A stretch of 32,000 nt of DNA from Thermodesulfobacterium commune DSM 2178 (lineage in GTDB: Bacteria > Desulfobacterota > Thermodesulfobacteria > Thermodesulfobacteriales > Thermodesulfobacteriaceae). Every line of letters begins with the position of its first letter. The stretch's first letter is position 1. The notes under the pieces are model-generated. The model saw only the letters and a list, made by a program, of their open reading frames with translations. It did no database searches and was not told the DNA's origin. The stretch spans positions 840,001 through 872,000 of the forward strand of contig NZ_CP008796.1 of NCBI RefSeq assembly GCF_000734015.1. Reading direction: 5' to 3'. The position numbers and the translations under genes are program-made. Of the stretch, positions 7,728 to 16,639 are shown piece after piece.

Positions 7728-9591
7728 TCAATAAAAGATCTTGGTAATCGATCTACATAAGTTTCCAGAATGTTTTTAATCTTTTCTTTGAATTCTCTTA
7801 CGAATTCTTGAGGAAAATGTAAAAGCGTTTCCCAGTCCTTGTTATATTTTTTTATAAACATTCCATGTTCAGAAATAAAGTTAATCTTTATTCCGTCAAA
7901 CCAGTTTACTAAATCTTCTTTTTTTCTTCCAGAGATAATTACTACATCAGTATTAGGAATATTAGAAAGTGCTTTTAAAAGATTTTTTAACTCCTCATCT
8001 GGGGAAGCTAAATAAGGTTTACTTACCAAAGGAACTAAGGTTCCATCATAGTCCAAGAAAAGTATTCGAGAAGACGCTTTTTCGAAAGATTTTTTAATTT
8101 GTTTTATTACTTCGGTAGTTAATAACTTGGTTTTTAAAGCTATTTTTCTTTCTTTTAGGTCTGTTAAAGTACAGAAAAAGTCTTTTCCCCACTTCACTAT
8201 GTCGTACCTTTTTAACCTTTCTTGCATTATTCTAATTCTTTCTCTTTGTTCTTCTTCTGAAATTTCAAGAGCGTTTTCTATGGCATAAGAAAGTTCACTG
8301 ATAGAATTTGGATTTACGATAAAGGCTTCCCCCAACTCCTTTGCAGATCCTGCAAATTCTGAAAGAATTAGAACACCTCTTTGGTCTTTTCTTGAAGCTA
8401 TAAACTCTTTAGCAATAAGGTTCATACCATCCTTTAAAGGCGTAACAAGTATTACATCAACTGCTAAGTAATGAGTAACAAGTTCCTCAAAGTTAAGAAA
8501 TCTATAGTAATACAAAACCGGAATCCAATCTATCTTGCCAAATTTTCCGTTTATCTCACTTACTTTTTCTTCTAATTGTTTTTTCATTCTTTGATAATGT
8601 TCTACCCCCTCTCTTGAGGGAACAACAACCATAATCAAAACAACTTTTTCATGAAGATCTGGTCTTCTTTTTAAAAGTTCCTCATAAGCCAAAAGACGAT
8701 TATAGATTCCTTTAGTATAATCAAGCCTATCCACTGAAAATACTATCTTCTGATTTTTAAATCGTTTTTTGATTTTGTTAACTAATTTTTTAATTTTTAC
8801 TTTCTCGCAGGCATTATGGAATAAATCAAAATCGATTCCCATAGGAAAGGTATCTACCTTAATAACCCTTTCCTGATACATAATCTCTCCCATCTTATGA
8901 TCTATACCCAACGTACGAGAAAGGGTTCTTAAAAAATTAGCAGTGTACTCGTAAATATGAAAGCCTATCAAATCACAACCCAAAAGACCTTCTAAGAATT
9001 CTTTTTTCCATGGAAGCTGCATAAAAATCTCTGGAGGAGGAAAGGGAATATGTAAGAAAAAGCCTATTAAGGTATTAGGTGCTTCCTTTTTTAACATTTG
9101 AGGTAGAAGCATAAGATGGTAATCGTGTATCCATACTACTGAATCTTCAGTAACGTGTTTTAGAGTTTCTTCACAAAATATTTCATTTACAACGATATAA
9201 TTTTTCCAATAACTTTCATCATATACCGCATAACTGGGAAGACTGTGAAATAGAGGCCAAAGTATTTTGTTACAAAAACCATTGTAAAATTTTTCTAACA
9301 ATTTATGAGAAATAAAAACAGGATAGCAATTAAGTTTTTTAGCCTTAGTTTTTACTAACTCAAAATTTTTTTATTCAAATTGGCTCCTGGCCATCCAATC
9401 CATACATAATTTTTAATCCCAGATTTTTTTAAAAAAGTCTCAATCCCAGAAACTAAACCCCCAGGACTTTTAGAAAGACTTAAGTCAGATTTTACAGAAA
9501 AAGGCAAACGATTAGATACTATTATCAATTTTTCAAACTTTCCAAAAATATCTGGTTTTTTTCTAAAAATATCCATAGAAATGTTTGTCAA
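7720..9591 (-). pseudogene. otsA: 5' part of the fused trehalose-6-phosphate synthase/phosphatase gene (TPS domain plus the start of TPP), frameshifted near 9366-9372 and truncated by the IS
   Basis: The N-terminal ORF (LIIVSNRLPF...GGLVSG...WIGWPG) and the 549-aa ORF (YNGFCNKILWPLFH ... LFLDYDGTLVP) are colinear with OtsA followed by OtsB. They are split by a 1-nt frame change in a homopolymer. The likely true start is the ATG at 9574-9576. Confidence 0.85.
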
Positions 9592-9684
9592 AAAATCAAA
9601 AATTTGATTTGAAAACTTAAAAGAACAAATTTTTAATATCTAATTATTAACATAAAAAAAACTTTTAGTCAAGTTTAAAAAGAT

Positions 9685-10760
9685 GGTAGTGTTTCATTAA
9701 TTGTGTCTAAATCTTAGGGGTAAAGGGCTCCCCCCTCCTGGTAAAAATGATAGAGTTAAACTCAAAATTTAAGAACGAGGAAAAGCCTATGAAAGACTTA
9801 AAAGATATGTATAATTTCATTGAAAATGAAGTTAAAAAAGTAGTAAAGGAAACCATAGAAGTCCTGGCTTTAGAAGAACTTTAGATTTACCTTGATGAAC
9901 ATCCGGAAACTAAAGGAAATGGGTTTTATACCAGAAGTCTTATAACAAAGTTTGGTGCTTTGGATAATCTTAAAGTACCCAGAGTCAGAGAAGGAGATTT
10001 TAAACCGAAAATCCTTCTGCTATTACTCTCCTGCAAGCATTAGTCGACTTATAGAGGTAACGGCTCAAGAGATAGATGGAGGGATCAAGAGGTTGAAGAG
10101 GAGTATTTTGCTTTGGATGTAGATGCTACGTTTTTAAGTGTAAGGAGAGGGGTGTTAATAAGGAGCCGGTATACGTGGTTGTTGGGCTTACGTGTGAGGG
10201 GAGGAGAGAGATATTGGGTTTTTGGCTTTTTGGTTCTGAGGAGAGAGTGCGATTAATTGGAGGGAGGTATTGGTAGAGCTTTAAGGTAGGGGGCTAAAGA
10301 GGGTAGAGTTAGTAATAGGAGACGGATTGAGGGGGCTAAAGGAGGTAGTGAAATTAGAATTTCCTGGAGCAAGATTTCAGGTTTGTGTACTGCATGCTGT
10401 GAGAGATAGTTTAAGGATAAGGAGGAATAAGGAAAGAGATAGGATAGCAGAGGGCTTAAAAGGTATTTACAAGGCGGTGAGTAGGAAGGAAGCGAGGCAG
10501 GGGTTGATGAAGTTTAAGAAGAGATGGGGTAGAATATATCCTGAGTTAGTAAAGAAGTGGGAGGAGAATTTTAATGAGCTTACGACGTTTATGAAATATC
10601 CGGAGGGGGTTAGGAGGTTTATTTATACTACAAATCAATTAGAGAGGCTAATGAAGGGATATTTTGATGAGGGCTAAGGTGATAGAGGTATTTTCAGGGG
10701 TGGATTCAGTTTACAAGGTGGTATATATAGGATTAATAAAAGTCAAAATTAACAAAAATT
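9685..10760 (+). mobile_element. Decayed IS256-family element: transposase pseudogene with an in-frame stop, several frameshifts, an internal deletion and a missing right end
   Basis: The left end GGTAGTGTTTCATTAATTGTGTCT resembles the left IR of the intact IS. The translation is MKDLKDMYNFIENEV...LEEL*IYLDEHPETKGNGFYTRS..., then YFALDVDATFLSVRRG, KEPVYVVVGLTCEGRREILGFW, FQVCVLHAVRD, IYTTNQLERL and VIEVFSGVDSVYKVVY, spread over different frames. Confidence 0.75.
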
Positions 10761-10763
10761 AAA

Positions 10764-10837
10764 CGCGCCCGGCAGGACTCGAACCTGCAGCCTTTGGATT
10801 CGTAGTCCAATGCTCTATCCGATTGAGCTACGGGCGC
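10764..10837 (-). tRNA. tRNA-Arg (anticodon ACG)
   Basis: A 74-nt cloverleaf folded by hand: acceptor GCGCCCG/CGGGCGC, D stem GCTC/GAGC, anticodon stem TTGGA/TCCAA with loop CTACGAA, T arm GCAGG-TTCGAGT-CCTGC. CCA is not encoded. Confidence 0.9.
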
Positions 10838-10894
10838 ATACATCTTAAAATATAACAGTTTTTTAGTTTAATGCAACCTAATTTTATACACATT

Positions 10895-11644
10895 TCATCC
10901 TTCTAAAAACCTTTTAAACTCCTCGAAAAACTTTCCCGCCCTTTCCTTAAAAAAGTAATCAGTAATACTTTCAGTATAAGCACTTTCTTCAGGATTTACC
11001 TCTATTATTTTAGCACCTGATCTCTTAGCTTCGTAAGGTAAATAAGCGGCAGGATAAACTACCCCTGAAGTCCCAATGACGATAAGGACTTTACACCTTT
11101 TTACCAACTCAAAAGCTTGAGTTAAAGCCTCTTCTGGAAGTGGTTCCCCAAAAAATACGATCTCAGGTTTTAAGGCTTTACCACATTTCTCACATTTAGG
11201 ATAAGGAAACATATTTACGAATTCCTCGAAAAACTTATATCTTTTTCCACAATCAAGACATGTTAAACTTTCTCCGGTTCCATGAAGCTCTATTACTTTT
11301 TTATTTCCAGCCTTTTGGTGGAGGTTATCTATGTTTTGAGTAATCACTGCCTCAAGATAGCCTTTATTTTCAAGGTCTGCCAGAACTAAATGGGCAGGAT
11401 TGGGGGTTGCCTCTTTAAAACATTGGTAAATCTCTCTTAGCATCATCCATACTTTTTCAGGATTTCTTAAAAAAGTCCCTATGTAAGCATATTCTTCAGG
11501 ATTATACTTAGTCCAGAGACCTTTGGCTCCTCTAAAAGGGGGTATCCCACTTTCTACCGAGATCCCAGCTCCGGTAAAAGCTACTATCCCACCTTGTTTT
11601 ATCAGCTCTACAACTTCTTTTACAAGTTCTTCTTTTCTATTCAT
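10895..11644 (-). CDS. cobB: NAD-dependent protein deacylase, Sir2/CobB family
   Basis: 249 aa. It contains [22 protein letters not shown], the Zn-ribbon cysteines CLDCG...CEKCG, and [10 protein letters not shown]. Confidence 0.85.
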   Translation of the reverse strand: MNRKEELVKEVVELIKQGGIVAFTGAGISVESGIPPFRGAKGLWTKYNPEEYAYIGTFLRNPEKVWMMLREIYQCFKEATPNPAHLVLADLENKGYLEAVITQNIDNLHQKAGNKKVIELHGTGESLTCLDCGKRYKFFEEFVNMFPYPKCEKCGKALKPEIVFFGEPLPEEALTQAFELVKRCKVLIVIGTSGVVYPAAYLPYEAKRSGAKIIEVNPEESAYTESITDYFFKERAGKFFEEFKRFLEG

Positions 11645-11657
11645 AACCTTTACCCCT

Positions 11658-12287
11658 TTAAGGCTTATTAAATAAAGGCTTAGGGATTATGATACATCCG
11701 TCTATACCTTTTAATTCTAAAGCCAGCCCTGTTTTTTGTAAAATTCCTGTTAATAAACAGGATATGCTATCAAGTTCGTCTTGCGTATAAGGTCTATTTT
11801 CTATAAAAACCCCTAAGCTATATAAAAACTTTTTAAAAAAGTCTAAAATAGCCTTTTTGTCCTTTCTTTTTACATGATAAACATCATAAAACGCTCCGGG
11901 AAAGACCTCGTAAACCTCGATATCCTTAGCTATTAAGAAATCTCTTAGTTTCATACCTCGTTCAGTAAGTTTTCTCATACCTCCAAGGGTAATGGGAAAA
12001 AATTTAATCTTCAACTCTCGAAGTTTCAGATCGCATTCTCTAAAATGATACTCATTTCGTTGTTCTATATCACACCTACCATAAGGCAAACTTAAAGGGG
12101 CATCTATATAAACATATTTAAACTTTACCGCTTTTTCAAGAAGTAGCTCATCTTCATAAACCAATTGGGTGAGCAAAACCTTATCCTTAATGTAGGCTAA
12201 CCCTGTAGGCTTTTTAGGAGAACCTGCAAGGTCTATTCCTAAAAAATCTTCTAACTCTATCTTTGGTAACTTTATTTCGTTAAGCAT
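11658..12287 (-). CDS. Hypothetical protein, possibly a DUF429/COG2410-like predicted RNase-H-fold nuclease
   Basis: 209 aa. The N-terminal motif [19 protein letters not shown] resembles that family. It lies 13 nt upstream of cobB on the same strand. The family assignment is from memory only. Confidence 0.4.
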   Translation of the reverse strand: MLNEIKLPKIELEDFLGIDLAGSPKKPTGLAYIKDKVLLTQLVYEDELLLEKAVKFKYVYIDAPLSLPYGRCDIEQRNEYHFRECDLKLRELKIKFFPITLGGMRKLTERGMKLRDFLIAKDIEVYEVFPGAFYDVYHVKRKDKKAILDFFKKFLYSLGVFIENRPYTQDELDSISCLLTGILQKTGLALELKGIDGCIIIPKPLFNKP

Positions 12288-12368
12288 TTCTGGATATCCT
12301 TTATGGTTCTAATTAAAACTCTCTTTAACCTTAAAACCTACCTCTATCCCCTTAACCCTCTCTATCCC

Positions 12369-12397
12369 TTGACATTTGTAAATTTTTATTTAATTTA
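12369..12397 (+). promoter_or_regulatory. Candidate sigma-70-type promoter for htpX
   Basis: TTGACA lies at 12369-12374, followed 16-17 nt later by TAATTT/AATTTA, about 45 nt upstream of the htpX ATG. The -10 element is weak. Confidence 0.3.
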
Positions 12398-12439
12398 TTT
12401 TTCTAAATAAAATTTGCAAGTTTTAGGAGGGGAAGATTT

Positions 12440-13303
12440 ATGTCAAATGTTTTTAGGACTTTTTTGTTCTTAGCTATTCTTACTGTTCTTTTTATCTTTG
12501 TAGGTAAACTGATAGGTGGAAAAACAGGGATGACCATAGCCCTTATCATGGCTGGTTTGATGAACTTTATTGCCTACTTTTTTTCTGATAAAATTGTTTT
12601 GGCTACAAGTGGTGCTATTCCTGTAGAAAAACACGAAGATCCTGAGCTTCATGCTATGGTAGAGGAGGTAGCAAGAAGAGCTGGGATTCCTAAACCTAAG
12701 GTTTATGTTATTCCTGTAGAAACTCCTAATGCGTTTGCTACTGGGAGAAATCCAGAAAATGGAGTAGTTGCGGTAACTGCAGGAATTAGAAAACTTCTTA
12801 CTCCTGAAGAACTTAAAGGTGTGATAGCTCATGAAATAGCTCATATCAAAAACCGAGACATTTTGATTTCAACGATTGCAGCTGTGTTGGTTGGTGCTAT
12901 CACCTATTTAGCTAACATAGCCCAGTGGGGGATGATGTTTGGTGGTTTTAGCAGAGATGAAGAAGAAAACAATAATCCTCTTGCCATAGTAGCTACTTTA
13001 GTAGCTATTATCGTTATTCCTATAGCCGCTACTCTTATTCAATTAGCCATAAGTAGAAGTAGAGAATTTTTAGCAGACGAAACAGGTGCTAAAATCATCA
13101 AAAATCCTTTAGCCTTAGCTCGTGCTTTAGAAAAGCTTGAAAATTGGAACAGAGCCTATCCTATGGACATAAATCCTGCCAAGGCTCAAATGTTTATAGT
13201 AAACCCTCTTTCAGGAAAAACCCTTTTTAAGCTTCTTTCTACCCACCCACCTATAGAAGAAAGGGTAGCAAGGCTTATTCAACTTGCCAAAGAAATAAGA
13301 TAA
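12440..13303 (+). CDS. htpX: Membrane zinc metalloprotease HtpX (M48)
   Basis: 287 aa. It has N-terminal TM helices, an HEIAHIKNRD zinc motif and the C-terminal STHPPIEERV. An AGGAGGGG Shine-Dalgarno is present. Confidence 0.9.
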   Translation: MSNVFRTFLFLAILTVLFIFVGKLIGGKTGMTIALIMAGLMNFIAYFFSDKIVLATSGAIPVEKHEDPELHAMVEEVARRAGIPKPKVYVIPVETPNAFATGRNPENGVVAVTAGIRKLLTPEELKGVIAHEIAHIKNRDILISTIAAVLVGAITYLANIAQWGMMFGGFSRDEEENNNPLAIVATLVAIIVIPIAATLIQLAISRSREFLADETGAKIIKNPLALARALEKLENWNRAYPMDINPAKAQMFIVNPLSGKTLFKLLSTHPPIEERVARLIQLAKEIR

Positions 13304-13330
13304 GAATATCCTGTAAACATAGGAGTTTCT

Positions 13331-15064
13331 TTGTCTTCCGAACTTTTTTCTTTCTTAAAAAAAATTTTATCTTTTCTTAAACCCTTTTGGAAAACTTTTC
13401 TGTTAGGACTCTTTTTTGCGGTAGTTAGTTCTTTAATCACAGGGGCAAGCACCTGGGCTATAAAACCTATCTTTAATTTTGTTTTTGTTGAAAAACATCA
13501 CGAGTATTTTTTTCTTGTTCCTCTTTTGATGGTATTAGTCTTTAGCTTGATGGGGATTACTTCTTTGCTTCAAGCGTATTTTATGAAAGCCGTCTCTGCA
13601 GGAGTTATAAATAACCTTAGGTTAAAGTTGTTCCAAAAATTTCTTTATCTTCCTGTAGAGAAAATAGCAGTCCAAACCCATGGACAGGCTGTATCAAAGG
13701 TGATAAATGACACCGCCCAGATAGAGCCCATCTTAGGTGAAGCGTTAACTACTATTTTTCAAAGCTCCTTTTCAGTGTTAGTATTGATAGGGGTTGCGCT
13801 GTATCAACGCTGGGACCTCACATTGTTAGCCTTTATTACCTTCCCGGTAATTATCTTTGGTAGTAAAGCCTTAGGGGCTAAAACCAGAAAAGCAAGAAGG
13901 CTTGCCCAGGCTTCTACCGGAGAATTAACCCACAAGATGCAGGAACTTTTGCAAGGAATAAAAGAAATTAAGCTTAGTCCTTCTCCAGAAAAGGTAATAG
14001 AGCTTTTTTCTAAAGAGCTTGAGCGTTTTTACAGATGGAGCCTTAAAATTACCAAATACAGAGAAGGTTCTAAAAGCTTAGTAGATGTAGTTACAGGAAT
14101 AGGCGGTGCTCTGGTTATAGGATATGGAGGGTTTCTTACCATCAATGGTGCTATGAGCCCGGGAAGTTTTCTATCTGTATTAACAGCCATCCTACTTATT
14201 TTTAATCCTATAAGGAAGCTTTCGAGAGCCTATACTTACCTAAAAGAGGCTCAAGGTGCCTGGGTAAGGATAGAAGAGGTCCTTAACCTTCCGGTTGAAA
14301 CAGGAGGAAACCTAAAGGCTCTTCCCCCTAAACAAGGCTTTACCTTTAACGAAGTATATTTTCGTTATATCTCAAGCCTAGACTGGACGCTAAAAAATAT
14401 CAATTTTTTCTTACCTGCTAATAAGATTATCGCCTTTGTTGGCCCAAGTGGTTCTGGTAAAACCACTTTAGCTTCTCTTCTTCCGAGATTTTTAGAACCT
14501 CAAAAGGGAGAAATACTTTTAGATCACACCAATCTCAAAGAATTTGAAATCGGAAGTTTGAGGAATCTTTTCGGAATGGTCCTTCAGGAACCTTTTTTGT
14601 TTAACCTTAGCATAAAAGAAAACCTTCTTATCGCAAAACCTGAGGCTTCAGAAGAAGAAATCATAGAAGCCTGCAAGTTAGCCAAAGCCCACGATTTTAT
14701 CTTAACCCTTCCTAAAGGATATGATACTGTATTAGGAGAAGAAGGGTTTAACCTTTCAGGCGGTCAAAAGCAAAGAATAGCCCTTGCCAGGGTTTTTCTC
14801 AAAAAACCACCTATCATCATTTTAGACGAAGCCACAAGTCAGCTTGATGCCATTACCGAAGAGGCTATTCAAGAGGCTTTAGACCGTTTAAAAGGAAGAC
14901 ACACCATCATCATCATAGCCCACAGGCTTTCAACCGTCACTAAGGCTGACCTCATTTTTGTGTTTGAAAAAGGCGAAATCGTTTCTCAAGGCACCCATCA
15001 ACAATTACTTGAAACCTCTACTCTTTACAGAAACCTCTATCAAACCTTTCAAAAATGTAGTTGA
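13331..15064 (+). CDS. ABC transporter, fused permease/ATPase, MsbA-like lipid exporter
   Basis: 577 aa, with a TTG start preceded by AGGAG. It has a 6-TM N-domain, Walker A GPSGSGKTT, signature LSGGQKQRIALAR and Walker B IIILDEATS. It is adjacent to LPS core genes. Confidence 0.75.
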   Translation: MSSELFSFLKKILSFLKPFWKTFLLGLFFAVVSSLITGASTWAIKPIFNFVFVEKHHEYFFLVPLLMVLVFSLMGITSLLQAYFMKAVSAGVINNLRLKLFQKFLYLPVEKIAVQTHGQAVSKVINDTAQIEPILGEALTTIFQSSFSVLVLIGVALYQRWDLTLLAFITFPVIIFGSKALGAKTRKARRLAQASTGELTHKMQELLQGIKEIKLSPSPEKVIELFSKELERFYRWSLKITKYREGSKSLVDVVTGIGGALVIGYGGFLTINGAMSPGSFLSVLTAILLIFNPIRKLSRAYTYLKEAQGAWVRIEEVLNLPVETGGNLKALPPKQGFTFNEVYFRYISSLDWTLKNINFFLPANKIIAFVGPSGSGKTTLASLLPRFLEPQKGEILLDHTNLKEFEIGSLRNLFGMVLQEPFLFNLSIKENLLIAKPEASEEEIIEACKLAKAHDFILTLPKGYDTVLGEEGFNLSGGQKQRIALARVFLKKPPIIILDEATSQLDAITEEAIQEALDRLKGRHTIIIIAHRLSTVTKADLIFVFEKGEIVSQGTHQQLLETSTLYRNLYQTFQKCS

Positions 15065-16071
15065 CCTAATTTTTCTTTAATTGCCTGAAAAACTTCTTCA
15101 GGTAAAATAGAATTCATACAATCCCACTGAGAGCATTTCTTTTTAAAACATGGGCTGCATTTTAACCTACTTTGTAAAATCTTAAAATCACCTCCCCAGG
15201 GGCCTGTTCTGTAAGGAGAGGTAGGTCCAAATAGAGCTACGGTAGGAACTTTTAAAGCTGAAGCAATATGCATAGGGCCTGTATCAACGGTTACCACAAG
15301 TTTACTTTTTTGAATAAGGCCTATCAACTCTTTTAACCTCATTTTTCCTACCAAAGATTTTACCTCTCGGTGTTTTTTTTCCATCAAACCTGCCCATTTT
15401 CTTAAGTCCTCTTCCTTGGGTCCCCCTGTAATATAAATCTTAATTTCGGGATATGCCTTTAAGGTTAACTCTATGAGGTTTTCCCAATGAGAAAAGATCC
15501 ACCATTTAGTTTTCCATCTGGCAGAAGGAATAAAAACTATATATGGTTTTTCCACCAGATCTAACGGAGGAAACAATCCTGGCAAAACTGCTTCGGGAAT
15601 GGTCTCCACTTTTTCTCCAAAATCTGGACATATAAGCTGTAATGCCTGCTGTGTCAAGTTTAAATAACGTTTTACTGCATGGACCTCAGGGTCATAGCCA
15701 GGAAGTTTTACGTTGTAAAAAATAGGGCTTAACTCACGGTGATTTTCAAATCCCACTTTAAACTTAGCCTTAGCTAAACCTATTACTACCCCGCTTTTAA
15801 AAAGCCCTTGATAATCTATGGCTAAATCGTAAGTTTCCTCTCTCAAATTCCTGATAAAGGCTTTCAGTTTACTAGGATTTTTAAGGTCTTTTTTTGAAAA
15901 AACTATTGTCTTCCTTAAATAAGGATGTCCTCTTAAGACCTCTGCATTCCTTTCGTCTACCACCCAGTCGATGATGCTTAGAGGATATTGTTGTTTTATT
16001 AGGGTTAAACAAGGAAGGGTTTGTACTACATCTCCCAACGCTGAAAGTTTTACCAAAAGAATCTTCATCAA
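15049..16071 (-). CDS. GT9 ADP-heptose:LPS heptosyltransferase (WaaC/WaaF-like)
   Basis: About 339 aa. It contains KILLVKLSALGDVVQTLP and the C-terminal DTGPMHIASAL. The likely start is the ATG at 16066-16068. It overlaps the convergent ABC gene by 16 nt. Confidence 0.8.
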   Translation of the reverse strand: MMKILLVKLSALGDVVQTLPCLTLIKQQYPLSIIDWVVDERNAEVLRGHPYLRKTIVFSKKDLKNPSKLKAFIRNLREETYDLAIDYQGLFKSGVVIGLAKAKFKVGFENHRELSPIFYNVKLPGYDPEVHAVKRYLNLTQQALQLICPDFGEKVETIPEAVLPGLFPPLDLVEKPYIVFIPSARWKTKWWIFSHWENLIELTLKAYPEIKIYITGGPKEEDLRKWAGLMEKKHREVKSLVGKMRLKELIGLIQKSKLVVTVDTGPMHIASALKVPTVALFGPTSPYRTGPWGGDFKILQSRLKCSPCFKKKCSQWDCMNSILPEEVFQAIKEKLGQLHF

Positions 16072-16077
16072 ACTTTA

Positions 16078-16632
16078 TTAAAGGTTCCTTATGATGATTT
16101 CAGCAGCTTCTTTCAGGTTTTTAGCAACCCAGTCAGGATAAATCCCTTTTTTAGGAGCTACATACTTTAACTCTCCTTTACCATATCCGGTTAAAACAAG
16201 AATGGTCTTTATCCCTAACCTTTTTCCAGTCTCAACATCTACAATCTTATCTCCAATAAAGTAAGACTTCTCAAGTTCTATCGGATATTTTTCTAAAGCC
16301 TGTAAAACCAGACCAGGGTTTGGTTTTCGACAATTACACCCTTCATTTGGACCATGCAAACAAACAAAAAAATCATCCAGTTTAACACCTTTTTTAGCAA
16401 GTCTTCTTGTGATAAGCTGGTTCACCTCAAAAACTAAACTTTCTGGGAAATATCCTCTTGCTGGTCCGCTCTGGTTGGTGATAACGATAAGCTTAAACCC
16501 TCTGTCTTGTAATAGTTTTAAACCTTCGGCTACTCCAGGTAAAAGACGGACCCTAGAGAGGTCATTGATATAACCCATTTCTTCGTTGATAGTACCGTCT
16601 CTGTCAAGAAAAACAGCTGGTTTTTTATTCAT
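16078..16632 (-). CDS. gmhB: D-glycero-D-manno-heptose 1,7-bisphosphate phosphatase
   Basis: 184 aa. It has the HAD motif FLDRDGTIN, the Zn site CLHGPNEGCNCRKP, and GDK..D. Confidence 0.85.
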   Translation of the reverse strand: MNKKPAVFLDRDGTINEEMGYINDLSRVRLLPGVAEGLKLLQDRGFKLIVITNQSGPARGYFPESLVFEVNQLITRRLAKKGVKLDDFFVCLHGPNEGCNCRKPNPGLVLQALEKYPIELEKSYFIGDKIVDVETGKRLGIKTILVLTGYGKGELKYVAPKKGIYPDWVAKNLKEAAEIIIRNL

Positions 16633-16639
16633 ATTTTGA

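Noticed and set aside
10327-10677. 116-aa ORF that could be annotated as a small transposase gene
   Set aside because: It is only the C-terminal fragment of the decayed IS256-like transposase. The catalytic upstream parts are in other frames, and it begins at a non-ATG codon (TTG) with no obvious ribosome-binding site.
10895-11644. SIR2-domain protein as a possible anti-phage defence effector (Thoeris/DSR-like)
   Set aside because: It is short (249 aa) with a canonical CobB architecture, Zn-ribbon cysteines and full NAD-binding motifs. It has no fused sensor or effector domain and no partner typical of defence systems.
12343-12367. Direct repeat CTCTATCCC (12343-12351 and 12359-12367) just upstream of the putative htpX -35 element
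   Set aside because: The repeat is short and sits in a C/T-rich stretch. I know of no regulator motif matching it, so I recorded it only as a possible operator.
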